Source: an uncultured Eubacteriales bacterium (GTDB lineage: Bacteria > Bacillota > Clostridia > Oscillospirales > Acutalibacteraceae). Taken from it: a DNA stretch of 64,000 nt. Each line of letters opens with the position of its first letter. Position 1 is the first letter of the stretch. The notes beneath the pieces were generated by a model. That model saw only the letters and a list, made by a program, of their open reading frames with translations. It was not told where the DNA came from and made no database searches. Both the position numbers and the translations under genes were made by a program. This document shows, piece after piece, positions 37,982-47,329 of this stretch. The stretch is taken from positions 17,159-81,158 of the forward strand of contig CAZSYK010000001.1 in assembly GCA_964610685.1 (NCBI GenBank). Reading direction: 5' to 3'.

Positions 37982-39261
37982 TTGATTTTTTTCAGATGGT
38001 TTATTTTCACCTTGTCTATAGTATTGCAGTTTAGAATATACGCGTAAGAACAAGGAGCAAGAATAATTTTTTTGGAGTGATTTTGTGTCTCTAAATACCC
38101 TTCGACGTGCCCCGCTCTGTTATAAGAAATTATTTTATTTTTAGTTAAACACAATGTTTGATTTTCTCTGTGTGATAGTCCTATAAAACTTTCAGAAGTT
38201 TGCGTTCTGAAAACTTCATTTCCTAAAGCGTTAACATTAACTATTTCATCGTCATCGGTTTCGTTTATCGATGACGACAGACAGCAGCAGATACCGTTAT
38301 TTTTATTAAAATCATAGAATTTTAATAATTTTTTACCGTATGAAAAGTTTCTAACAGCTTTGGATTTTACATTTATGAAAGTCATATATTTGTCGCCTAT
38401 TGCCAAAATGTTCCCGCCGGTAAGATATTCCACATGGGTTACCATATTATCGCTTAGTTTTAATTGATACTTTGCGGTTTTGGATTTAAAATCCAGTAGA
38501 TAAACATTTGAGCTTATATTTCCGTTATCAGCCGATATTCCGCATGCCACGCCTTCTGTTCCCATTGGATTTAAAGCAACATCGGAAATATAGTATTCGG
38601 AAAATGAATAGCTGTATTTTTCTTTGTTATTTTTGCTGTATACAATCATTTCCGCAAGGCTGCTTAAAGATTGCTGGACTACAGCATAAGTTCCGTTATC
38701 GGAGATGGCGCAGGCAATAATGTTTTTCTCGGTTAATGCGGAATATAGATTTTTTGCAACACTTTCTATTTTGAAATTTTTACCTCCGCGATCGTAAATA
38801 ATTGCTCTTATGTTACCTGATTTAATGCATGGATGACTAAAATTGTGCTTTTCTTCTCGTATTGTTTTCCCTGATTCGTTTAGCAAACTTAACGAAGTGT
38901 CGCTAAGCGCAATTATATTGCCATCAGAAAACCTTAAATTTTCGGCGGATATTTTATCTCCTTCTACTTTACACGGGTAGCCGGATCCGCGGGTTATGGA
39001 AAGTGCTTTGCCTTCAATCCATAAAATAATGTTATCGGGGTAGAACTTAACCCTATTTACCCATAAAAGTAGAAATAAAAAGCTGCAAAAAAGAACTAAA
39101 ATCACAGATTTAATATCATTGAATAATTTTTTTCTCTCTTCATTTTTATTAATTAATTTTTTCAATTTTTTAATAGGGGATACCAGGAATGAAAAAAAAT
39201 TCATTATGTCGTTATAATTCTTTTTTTTAAAAGGCGACTTTATTTTATTTTTTATATCCAT
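37978..39261 (-). CDS. N-terminally membrane-anchored protein of unknown function (repetitive beta-rich ectodomain)
   Basis: Basic N-terminus, one TM segment (VILVLFCSFLFLLLWV), then about 350 aa of a beta-strand-like pattern. I do not recognise any catalytic motifs. Confidence 0.6.
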   Translation of the reverse strand: MDIKNKIKSPFKKKNYNDIMNFFSFLVSPIKKLKKLINKNEERKKLFNDIKSVILVLFCSFLFLLLWVNRVKFYPDNIILWIEGKALSITRGSGYPCKVEGDKISAENLRFSDGNIIALSDTSLSLLNESGKTIREEKHNFSHPCIKSGNIRAIIYDRGGKNFKIESVAKNLYSALTEKNIIACAISDNGTYAVVQQSLSSLAEMIVYSKNNKEKYSYSFSEYYISDVALNPMGTEGVACGISADNGNISSNVYLLDFKSKTAKYQLKLSDNMVTHVEYLTGGNILAIGDKYMTFINVKSKAVRNFSYGKKLLKFYDFNKNNGICCCLSSSINETDDDEIVNVNALGNEVFRTQTSESFIGLSHRENQTLCLTKNKIISYNRAGHVEGYLETQNHSKKIILAPCSYAYILNCNTIDKVKINHLKKIN

Positions 39262-39322
39262 TATTTTTTCAAGCTTACATTTAATTTAAACAATAAACTT
39301 TTATTCTCACCTGCCCAGAATT

Positions 39323-40102
39323 TTAGAAATTCTCGTAGAACACGTTGTTCAGATAAAGTCCTTGAGGCGGAGCTGTCGGACCTGAATTTTTTCGGTTTCG
39401 TGATTCGATTATATAAGGAATGTCTTCTTTTTTTATTTTTCCTTGTGCAACTCTTAGAAGCGTGCCCACTATTATACGAACCATATTATAAAGAAAACCG
39501 TCAGCTTTTACTTTGATTTCTATAAGATCCGTACTTTTTTCATGTACGCTGAGGTTTTTTATAGTTCTAATCATATTTTTAATTTCACGTTTGTCAAGTG
39601 TGGCAAATGAAGTGAAGTCGTATGTGCCTACAAATAATTTTGCCGCATCGTTTAAAATGTCAATGTCCAAAGGGTACCAATAATGCAAGGCGCGTTTGTC
39701 CAAAAAGGGATTTCTTATTTTGTTATTCCATATTTTATACACATATTCTTTACCCGTGCAAGAGTACCGTGCATGAAAATCTGCCGAAACTTCTTTGCAA
39801 CCTGTTACAGATATATCATTTGGAAGGAATCTGTTCAAAGCGTAGATTAGGTTGTGGCATTTTATATGGCTTGATGTTTTAAAATTCAACGTGTACATGT
39901 TTGCATGTACTCCCGTATCTGTTCGACTGCATCCTTTTATATCCACATTTTCTTCTATGACTTTTTCAAGAGAATTCTGAAAAACCTCTTGTACACTTAC
40001 TGCGTTTTTTTGAATTTGCCAGCCATGATAACCACTTCCATCATAAGACAAGGTTAACAATATGTTTCTTGTTTTGATTATATCCTCAGCAGATTGTTGC
40101 AT
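39323..40102 (-). CDS. truA: tRNA pseudouridine(38-40) synthase
   Basis: YDGSGYHGWQIQ and the catalytic RTDTGVHA. Confidence 0.88.
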   Translation of the reverse strand: MQQSAEDIIKTRNILLTLSYDGSGYHGWQIQKNAVSVQEVFQNSLEKVIEENVDIKGCSRTDTGVHANMYTLNFKTSSHIKCHNLIYALNRFLPNDISVTGCKEVSADFHARYSCTGKEYVYKIWNNKIRNPFLDKRALHYWYPLDIDILNDAAKLFVGTYDFTSFATLDKREIKNMIRTIKNLSVHEKSTDLIEIKVKADGFLYNMVRIIVGTLLRVAQGKIKKEDIPYIIESRNRKNSGPTAPPQGLYLNNVFYENF

Positions 40103-40884
40103 AATACTACTCCCAAAAAAATTAATATAATAAAAACAATTGCCAATATGTCTGAGAACTTTATGTGAAGTTCTTTATATTTTGTGCGGCTTCTGGAACT
40201 GTCGTAGCATCTGGATTCCATAGCCGTTGCCAAATCATTTGCTTTTTTAAATGAAGAGATGAAAATAGGTATTAACACTGCCGAAAACGCTTTGATTTTC
40301 TTCACTATATTCTTGCTTTTGAAATCTGCTCCGCGGGAACGTTGCGCGGTTATCACCTTATCCGTTTCTTCAAATAAGGTGGGTATAAACCTTAAAGATA
40401 TGGTTATTGTGATCGCTATTTCCTGAACGTTTATGCCAAGATATTTTAAAGGATTTAAAAGGCTTTCGAGAGCGCAAGAAATGTCGCTCGGGGATGTTGT
40501 GAACATTGTAAGCGAGCTCATTAATACCAAAGAAATCAAGCGCATGAAAACAACTATGCTGTTTTTAAAACTTTGAGGTGTTATTAAAAATTCCCCTGAT
40601 TTCAAAAAAATTGTTTCCGCTTCAAAAAAAAGGTTTATAAGTGCCGTGAAAAAAGAAACAATCATAATGGAACGGTTTAATTTCATATACTTTTTAAAAG
40701 GTACTTGGGATATAAAAGCGCATGATATAACAAACCCCAGAAGCAAAGTTAGTGCCAGGTAGCTTCTAATCCAGAATATGACTCCCAAAAAAAGAGCAGA
40801 GGATATTAGCTTTATTCGCGGGTCTAACCTATGTATAACGGAATCTCCGGGCATATATTTCCCTAAAGCCATGTTTTTTATCAC
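40078..40884 (-). CDS. ecfT: ECF transporter transmembrane component
   Basis: Polytopic membrane protein with a C-terminal AxxxA/ARG-type coupling region (QRSRGADF). It follows the two ecfA genes. Confidence 0.88.
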   Translation of the reverse strand: MIKNMALGKYMPGDSVIHRLDPRIKLISSALFLGVIFWIRSYLALTLLLGFVISCAFISQVPFKKYMKLNRSIMIVSFFTALINLFFEAETIFLKSGEFLITPQSFKNSIVVFMRLISLVLMSSLTMFTTSPSDISCALESLLNPLKYLGINVQEIAITITISLRFIPTLFEETDKVITAQRSRGADFKSKNIVKKIKAFSAVLIPIFISSFKKANDLATAMESRCYDSSRSRTKYKELHIKFSDILAIVFIILIFLGVVLCNNLLRI

Positions 40885-41741
40885 TTTTTACACACCGCCG
40901 ATTTTAAAAGATTCAAGATATAATGTTCGGCTTTTTGCGGGGTGATTATATTTTTATCTGTATCGTATCCTTTGCTGTTTAGCAAAGACATTATTCTTGC
41001 AGTTTGCGGAACATTAAGACCTAAGCTTTTTAATTTCTCCGTTTCTCCGAAAACATTTTCAGGAGAATCCAAAAAAACTTGGCGCCCTGCGTTCATTACC
41101 AAAATTTTATCGGCGATTTGTGATATTTCTTCCATAACATGAGATATAAAGATTATAATATTTTTTTCTTTTTTATGATAACGCATAATAGAATCTATTA
41201 ATTTTTTTCCGCCTTTTGCATCTAATCCGGATGTTGGTTCATCGAGTATTAAAATTTCCGGTTTCATGGCAATAACTCCGGAAATCGCGCATCTTCTTTT
41301 TTCGCCTCCCGAAAGTTCAAGAGGGGAGCGGATTAAAAGATTTTGGTCAAGGTTTGTGAACTCCGCGGCTTCTTCTACACGATTTTTTATTTCCTTTTCA
41401 TCAACACCTTTATTACGCAGACCAAAAGCGATGTCTTCAAATACCGTAGAACCGAAAAGCTGTTGTTCGGGATATTGAAATACCATTCCTATTTTAAAAT
41501 AAACGTCTCTTATATCTTTAAAATCCCTGTGAATATTTTTGCCGTTTAAGATAACTTCTCCGTGAGTTGGGCGCAAAAGCCCGCTGAGCATTTGAACGAG
41601 AGTTGATTTCCCGGAGCCTGTTTTTCCTATTATTCCAAGAATTTCGCCGCCATTAAGAGATAAATTTATGTTTTCGGCAGCTTTTACAGGAGTTTTGCTG
41701 TCAAGGTTATAAGTATAGCAAAGATTTTTCGCCTGAATCAT
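40881..41741 (-). CDS. ecfA2: ECF transporter ATPase component 2
   Basis: GKTGSGKST, LSGGEKRR and LILDEPTS motifs. It has 4-nt overlaps with both neighbours. Confidence 0.88.
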   Translation of the reverse strand: MIQAKNLCYTYNLDSKTPVKAAENINLSLNGGEILGIIGKTGSGKSTLVQMLSGLLRPTHGEVILNGKNIHRDFKDIRDVYFKIGMVFQYPEQQLFGSTVFEDIAFGLRNKGVDEKEIKNRVEEAAEFTNLDQNLLIRSPLELSGGEKRRCAISGVIAMKPEILILDEPTSGLDAKGGKKLIDSIMRYHKKEKNIIIFISHVMEEISQIADKILVMNAGRQVFLDSPENVFGETEKLKSLGLNVPQTARIMSLLNSKGYDTDKNIITPQKAEHYILNLLKSAVCKK

Positions 41742-42592
41742 TTGTATGTCCCCAATAATTTCATAATTTCATTTGCACAGTCTGCATCGTTAAAAGCTTT
41801 TAGCGATACATTGTAGCCGTTTTCTTTCAAAAAACAAAGAATTTGCGTGGATTCCAAAACATTGAAATTTTCGGATTTTATAAAATCCATATCAGAAAAT
41901 ATTTCTTGCGCGGGAGCATATGCCTCTATTTCGCCGTTGTTCATTATTATGGCTTTATCCGCAAGCAGCGCTTCCTCTATGTAGTGGGTTATAAGCAATA
42001 TGGTTATATTATCTTTTTTATTAAGGCTTATAATGGTATCTATTATATTCTTTCTGCTCTCCGGGTCAAGCATAGAAGTCGGTTCGTCAAGAACTATGAT
42101 TTCAGGTTTCATTGCAAGAATGCTTGCTATTGCCAGAAGCTGTTTTTGACCACCGGAAAGGCTGTAGGTAGTCATTTTTTCAAGCCCATCTAACCCTACT
42201 GTTTCTAATGAATTCTTTATTCTTTTTTTCATATCGCTACGTTTTATCCCGAGATTTTCAAGTCCAAACGCTATTTCTTCTTCAATGACGGATGTTATTA
42301 TTTGATTATCGGGGTTTTGAAATATCATGCCGACTTTTCTTTTTATGTCAAAATAATTTTCGTCATTTTTGGTATTAATCCCGTCAATAAAAACATCGCC
42401 TTGAGTTGGAAGGATAAGCCCGTTCAGATGCTTGACCAAGGTGGATTTTCCACATCCGTTTGGGCCAAGCAAAGCAATGAATTCTCCTCGATTTATTGTC
42501 AGGTTTATATTTTTAAATGCAGTTATGGTTGAGTTATTCCATGGATTTTTGTATTCATAACTTGCATCTTTAAATTCTATTATTTTACTTAT
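41738..42592 (-). CDS. ecfA1: ECF transporter ATPase component 1; probable ATA start
   Basis: GPNGCGKST, LSGGQKQ and IVLDEPTS motifs. The listed ORF starts one residue before Walker A. The obligatory N-terminal strands (ISKIIEFKDASYEY...NINLTINRGEF) are in frame upstream with no ATG/GTG/TTG. An ATA at 42592 lies 7 nt after AGGAAGGTGA. Confidence 0.82.
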   Translation of the reverse strand: MSKIIEFKDASYEYKNPWNNSTITAFKNINLTINRGEFIALLGPNGCGKSTLVKHLNGLILPTQGDVFIDGINTKNDENYFDIKRKVGMIFQNPDNQIITSVIEEEIAFGLENLGIKRSDMKKRIKNSLETVGLDGLEKMTTYSLSGGQKQLLAIASILAMKPEIIVLDEPTSMLDPESRKNIIDTIISLNKKDNITILLITHYIEEALLADKAIIMNNGEIEAYAPAQEIFSDMDFIKSENFNVLESTQILCFLKENGYNVSLKAFNDADCANEIMKLLGTYK

Positions 42593-42607
42593 TTTTAATT
42601 CACCTTC

Positions 42608-43480
42608 CTAAAACAAAAGTTCGCTGCTCCAAATTGCTGTTGCTCCCGCAGGCATTATAAGATTTGAAGACGAAACGGGTATTCCGATTTCATCTGCCGC
42701 AACAAAGCCTCCGCGTTTTTCTTTTATTATTTTCGATAAAAGATATCCCATAACTGAAGGAGCAAGACCCGTTGAATACGAGTTTATAATGAAAAATTTT
42801 GCATTATCCGAAAGAAGAGATTCACAAAGCATTATAAACGAATATAGATTCTCTTCGATTTTCCATATCTCACCTTTAGGTCCTCTCCCGTATGATGGTG
42901 GATCCATAATTATTCCATCGTATTTGTTCCCGCGTTTTATTTCGCGAGCTATGAATTTTTCGCAATCATCTACTATCCAGCGGATAGACGCATTCGATAA
43001 GTTCGATTTTAATGCATTTTCACGCCCCCAAGATACCATTCCTTTTGAAGCATCAACATGGCAAACTTTTGAGCCCGCTTTTGCGCACGCCAAACTCGCC
43101 GCGCCCGTGTAAGCAAAAAGATTCAAAATATTAAGCTGCTTTTTTTCGTCCGAAATGATTTTCTGAAGCAAATCCCAGTTTACAGCTTGTTCAGGAAATA
43201 TACCCATATGCTTGAAATTCATCATTTTAATTCCGAATTTCAAGTCATTATATGATATTTCCCAAGATTCTTTTATTTTGTTTTTTATTTTCCAGTGTCC
43301 ACCGCCGGTGACGGATCGATGATAAATTGCATCTGCCGTTTGCCATCTGCTGTCTTTTTTCTCGGTATTCCAAATAACCTGAGGATCGGGGCGAATAACA
43401 ATAGTGTCACCCCAACGTTCAAGCCTTTCTCCGTTTGATGTGTCTATTAGTTCATAATCTTTCCAAGTAGTATATCTCAT
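42608..43480 (-). CDS. class I SAM-dependent methyltransferase (RlmI/RlmK C-terminal-like)
   Basis: SAM-binding motif LNLFAYTGAASLA and the DPPSYG motif. Confidence 0.75.
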   Translation of the reverse strand: MRYTTWKDYELIDTSNGERLERWGDTIVIRPDPQVIWNTEKKDSRWQTADAIYHRSVTGGGHWKIKNKIKESWEISYNDLKFGIKMMNFKHMGIFPEQAVNWDLLQKIISDEKKQLNILNLFAYTGAASLACAKAGSKVCHVDASKGMVSWGRENALKSNLSNASIRWIVDDCEKFIAREIKRGNKYDGIIMDPPSYGRGPKGEIWKIEENLYSFIMLCESLLSDNAKFFIINSYSTGLAPSVMGYLLSKIIKEKRGGFVAADEIGIPVSSSNLIMPAGATAIWSSELLF

Positions 43481-43522
43481 ATTAAATGGGCAGTGAATAT
43501 ACGCGTTAAAATTTTAACGTTG

Positions 43523-44896
43523 TTATTTTATGCCAACCTTTCTTAAATTTAAATTTTCATATATTACCTGAGATGCGCTTTTTACAAGTTCATCGAGTTT
43601 ATCTTCATTTTCGCATTCGACCATCACTCTGATTTTTGGTTCGGTTCCGGATTCCCTGACTATTATTCTTCCGGTATCTCCCAAATCTTCTTCAAGGGAT
43701 TTGATATGGTCCAGTATACTTTTATTTTTTAAAACAAGACCTTTTTGATGTGGTTCAATAGTAATGGTATCTGATTTTTGAGGATATTTTTTAACAAGCT
43801 CGTTAAGAGCGGAAGCTTTCTTTCCGGATTTTGAAAGTATAGATAAAAATTGCACCGCAGTTAATTGACCGTCGCCCGTGGTTGAGAAATCAAGGAAAAT
43901 CACATGGCCGGATTGTTCTCCTCCTATATTGTAACCTTCACTCATCATTTTTTCCAGAACATATCTGTCGCCTACTTTAGTTTCGCAAAAATTTATATTG
44001 TTATTTTTGCAAAACTTTTTAAGTCCGGCATTAGACACTATGGTCCCGACGAGCGTGCTTTTTTTAAGTGTGCCTTCCTTTTTCATGCTATCCGCACAAA
44101 TGGCGAGTATGGTATCGCCGTCAATTATGCCGCCTTTTTCGTCAACGAACAGGCACCTGTCGGCATCGCCGTCAAACGCGATTCCTAAATCATACTTATT
44201 TTTCACTACATAATCTGATAAATTATTAAGATTTGTAGAGCCGCAATTATGATTGATATTGATTCCGTCTGGATTGTCGAAGATAATTTTCACGTCTGCT
44301 CCGATTTTTTCAAATAAACTTTTTACAGTAGTTGAAGCAGAGCCATTAGCACAGTCCACAACAATTTTAAGACTTTTTTCAACAGGGAAGCGTAGAGTGC
44401 TTGCTATATATTCCACATATTCATGTGCGGAATTTTTGCAATAACTCACTTTGCCTAGGTCTTCACCTATAGGGGAAGATACCCCGTGTGATCCGTCTAA
44501 AATGATTGATTCAATCTGTTCTTCGATTTTATCAGGTAGTTTATGCCCGTTTTTATCGAAAATTTTTATACCGTTAAATTCATAAGAATTATGAGAAGCC
44601 GAAATCATGATTCCTGCATCCGCATTATATTTTTTAACAAGATAAGCGACTGCAGGGGTAGGGACAACTCCCAAAGATATTCCTTCTGCTCCGACAGAAC
44701 AAATTCCCGCAAGCAGGGCGAATTCAAGCATATCCGATGATATGCGTGTATCTTTGCCTATTAATATTTTCGGCTTATGTTTGCAGTTCCCCGTAAGAAC
44801 TTCCGCGGCCGCTTTTCCTATTTTTATTGCGAGTTCGCATGTTAGCTCCCTGTTTGCCACACCCCTTACTCCGTCTGTTCCGAAAAATTTGCTCAT
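43523..44896 (-). CDS. glmM: phosphoglucosamine mutase
   Basis: Phosphoserine loop SASHNSYEFNGIK and metal loop FDGDADR. Confidence 0.92.
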   Translation of the reverse strand: MSKFFGTDGVRGVANRELTCELAIKIGKAAAEVLTGNCKHKPKILIGKDTRISSDMLEFALLAGICSVGAEGISLGVVPTPAVAYLVKKYNADAGIMISASHNSYEFNGIKIFDKNGHKLPDKIEEQIESIILDGSHGVSSPIGEDLGKVSYCKNSAHEYVEYIASTLRFPVEKSLKIVVDCANGSASTTVKSLFEKIGADVKIIFDNPDGININHNCGSTNLNNLSDYVVKNKYDLGIAFDGDADRCLFVDEKGGIIDGDTILAICADSMKKEGTLKKSTLVGTIVSNAGLKKFCKNNNINFCETKVGDRYVLEKMMSEGYNIGGEQSGHVIFLDFSTTGDGQLTAVQFLSILSKSGKKASALNELVKKYPQKSDTITIEPHQKGLVLKNKSILDHIKSLEEDLGDTGRIIVRESGTEPKIRVMVECENEDKLDELVKSASQVIYENLNLRKVGIK

Positions 44897-44929
44897 GTAA
44901 TGTGTCCTCCGAGTTTATTATTTTTAATT

Positions 44930-45967
44930 TTAAAAAGTACACTGTTCGGTCGTTGGTTGAACAGGATTTTTGTGCCCCAAATGAAGATAGGCCGAAGGCG
45001 TAACGCACCGCCCTCTGGGCGTACGGCTTAGGAATCCTGTTTGCATAAGAAAAGGTTCATATACATCTTCAATTGTAACCGCTTCTTCGCCTATTGCCGC
45101 GGCTAATGTTTCAAGCCCTACAGGTCCGCCACCATAGAATGTTATCATAGTTTCAAGTAAACGTCTATCATTAGCGTCAAGACCAAGTTCATCTATTTCC
45201 AGTTTGTCAAGAGCTTTTTTCGAAACTTTATAGTTGATCTCACCGTTATTCATAACCTGAGCAAAATCTCGGACTCGTTTTAAAAGTCTGTTTGCTATTC
45301 GTGGGGTTCCTCGGGAACGAGATGCAATTTCCAGTGCGCCGTCCTCGGTTATTTTTATTTTTAAAATAGATGCGCTTCTTTTTATGATTTTTGAAAGTTC
45401 TTCCGGAGTATACATTTCGAGCCTGAATATTACTCCAAAACGATCACGCAGTGGTGCCGTGAGTTGACCTGCCCTCGTTGTTGCACCTATCAACGTGAAC
45501 TTGGGGAGCGGAAGGTGGTATGATGTCGCCATTTGCCCTTTCCCGGTTACTATGTCAATTGCGAAATCTTCCATTGCCGGGTAAAGTATCTCTTCAACGT
45601 TTCGGGAAAGCCTGTGTATTTCGTCAATGAAAAGCACGTCGCCCGGGGACAAATTAGTTAAAAGCGCAGCCAAATCCCCGGGTTTTTCGATTGCCGGTCC
45701 AGAAGTTATTCTCACGTTTACGCCAAGTTCGTTTGCTATAATCATGGATAATGTTGTCTTTCCAAGTCCGGGAGGACCGTAAAGCAGCGTATGATCCAGT
45801 GGCTCTTTGCGGATTTTTGACGCCTCAATGAACACCGATAAATTTTCTTTGATTTTCTCTTGGCCTATATACTCATCTAATGTTTGTGGCCTTAGCGGGT
45901 TTTCGACCTCATTGTCCTCAAGTGTTTCCGATGCGCTTAAAACTCTTGTTTCGAGTTCTGAATTCAT
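44930..45967 (-). CDS. ruvB: Holliday junction helicase RuvB
   Basis: GPPGLGKTT and FIDEIHRL motifs, plus a C-terminal winged helix. Confidence 0.93.
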   Translation of the reverse strand: MNSELETRVLSASETLEDNEVENPLRPQTLDEYIGQEKIKENLSVFIEASKIRKEPLDHTLLYGPPGLGKTTLSMIIANELGVNVRITSGPAIEKPGDLAALLTNLSPGDVLFIDEIHRLSRNVEEILYPAMEDFAIDIVTGKGQMATSYHLPLPKFTLIGATTRAGQLTAPLRDRFGVIFRLEMYTPEELSKIIKRSASILKIKITEDGALEIASRSRGTPRIANRLLKRVRDFAQVMNNGEINYKVSKKALDKLEIDELGLDANDRRLLETMITFYGGGPVGLETLAAAIGEEAVTIEDVYEPFLMQTGFLSRTPRGRCVTPSAYLHLGHKNPVQPTTEQCTF

Positions 45968-45971
45968 CGTT

Positions 45972-46574
45972 TTATCCCCCCTTGCTCATAGATTTTAAAG
46001 TTAATCTTATTAATTCTTCAACAGCAAGATTTTCATCACATTTAGCCAAGACAGGCATCACGTCAGCTGCGCAGTAGCCAAGAACCTCTAACGCTTTGGC
46101 AGCTTCCGAAATGTTTTTGGAACCGCTTGGCATCACTGCATTTGAAAGCACCGAAACTCCCGTAAAACTTTTTGAAAGTTTATCTTTAAGTTCCAGTACT
46201 ATTCTTTGAGCGGTTTTTGCTCCTATTCCCGAAGCCGATGTCAAACTTTTGCTGTCTCCCGATGAAATAAGCGCAGCTACTTTTTCGGCAGTAAACTGTG
46301 ACAAAACCGAAAGAGCGGCTTTTGGGCCGACTCCCGAAACGGAAGTTAAAAGTTTAAAGCAATTAAGCTCGTTTAAACTTGAAAATCCGAAAAGATCGAC
46401 GGCGTCTTGCCTTACACTCATGTAAGTATAAGCGGTAATTTCCTTGCCGATTTTATTGTGATATTCCTCTTGAGTGTATAAAGATGTCAGACATTTATAT
46501 CCAACACCCGCACATTTTATTACTAAAAAATTATTTTCGATTAATAAAAGAATGCCCTGTAAACTGTATATCAC
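45972..46574 (-). CDS. ruvA: Holliday junction DNA-binding protein RuvA
   Basis: N-terminus MIYSLQG when started at GTG 46574; HhH motifs ([18 protein letters not shown]). The listed longer ORF adds an unconserved extension. Confidence 0.86.
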   Translation of the reverse strand: MIYSLQGILLLIENNFLVIKCAGVGYKCLTSLYTQEEYHNKIGKEITAYTYMSVRQDAVDLFGFSSLNELNCFKLLTSVSGVGPKAALSVLSQFTAEKVAALISSGDSKSLTSASGIGAKTAQRIVLELKDKLSKSFTGVSVLSNAVMPSGSKNISEAAKALEVLGYCAADVMPVLAKCDENLAVEELIRLTLKSMSKGG

Positions 46575-46606
46575 TTTCTCCACTTTCCTTGTAAATAAAA
46601 TAATAT

Positions 46607-47110
46607 CTAAGCTCTTGAAAAGTGCCGATTTATGTACTGGTATCCTTGAGAATTTGCATGACATATTGCAATAGCCAAAGCATCCGCGGCATCGTCGGGT
46701 TTGGGAAGCTCTCTGAGTCTGAGAAGCCGCTGTGTCATCATCATGACTTGATTTTTTTGAGCCTTACCATATCCTGTGACAGCGGTTTTAACTTGTAGCG
46801 GTGTATATTCATAAATGGGGACGTTGCATTTTTGAACGGCCAAAAGGGTTACTCCCCGAGCCTGGGCGACATCAATAGCGGTTTTGTGATTGTTTTGAAA
46901 ATAAAGTTTTTCAATTGCGGCAACTTGGGGTTTGTAAGTGTTTAGGATTTCAGACACTTTATTAAATATTATTTCCAATCGGTTCGGGAAATTATCTTTC
47001 GGACTTGTAAATATAGCTCCATGATTGGCAGGTAGGTATTTCCCGTTTTTAAATTCGATTATTCCATACCCAAGCGTCGCATAGCCCGGATCTATTCCTA
47101 ATATTATCAC
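46607..47110 (-). CDS. ruvC: crossover junction endodeoxyribonuclease RuvC
   Basis: ILGIDPG N-terminus with conserved acidic residues. GTG at 47110 lies 6 nt after AGAGGTG. Confidence 0.86.
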   Translation of the reverse strand: MIILGIDPGYATLGYGIIEFKNGKYLPANHGAIFTSPKDNFPNRLEIIFNKVSEILNTYKPQVAAIEKLYFQNNHKTAIDVAQARGVTLLAVQKCNVPIYEYTPLQVKTAVTGYGKAQKNQVMMMTQRLLRLRELPKPDDAADALAIAICHANSQGYQYINRHFSRA

Positions 47111-47260
47111 TCGGCTCACCTCTGATCAAACAATTATAACATGTTAAGGATGATAAATAAAATTCTTATAAAAAGCAAGGACATTTTTACGGACTAAAAA
47201 TTTTATATACAAATGAATCGCTATAATTGAAGAAATTAACCTAAAATAATTAAATAAGTA

Positions 47261-47290
47261 TTGAAAATTTTATATGTTTTGTATTATAAT
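47261..47290 (+). promoter_or_regulatory. sigma-A-like promoter candidate for the large-protein pair
   Basis: TTGAAA, an 18-nt spacer, then TATAAT (47285-47290), about 40 nt upstream of ATG 47330. Confidence 0.45.
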
Positions 47291-47329
47291 TTTAGTTATT
47301 ATAATTTTGCACACGAGAGGAGTGTAATT

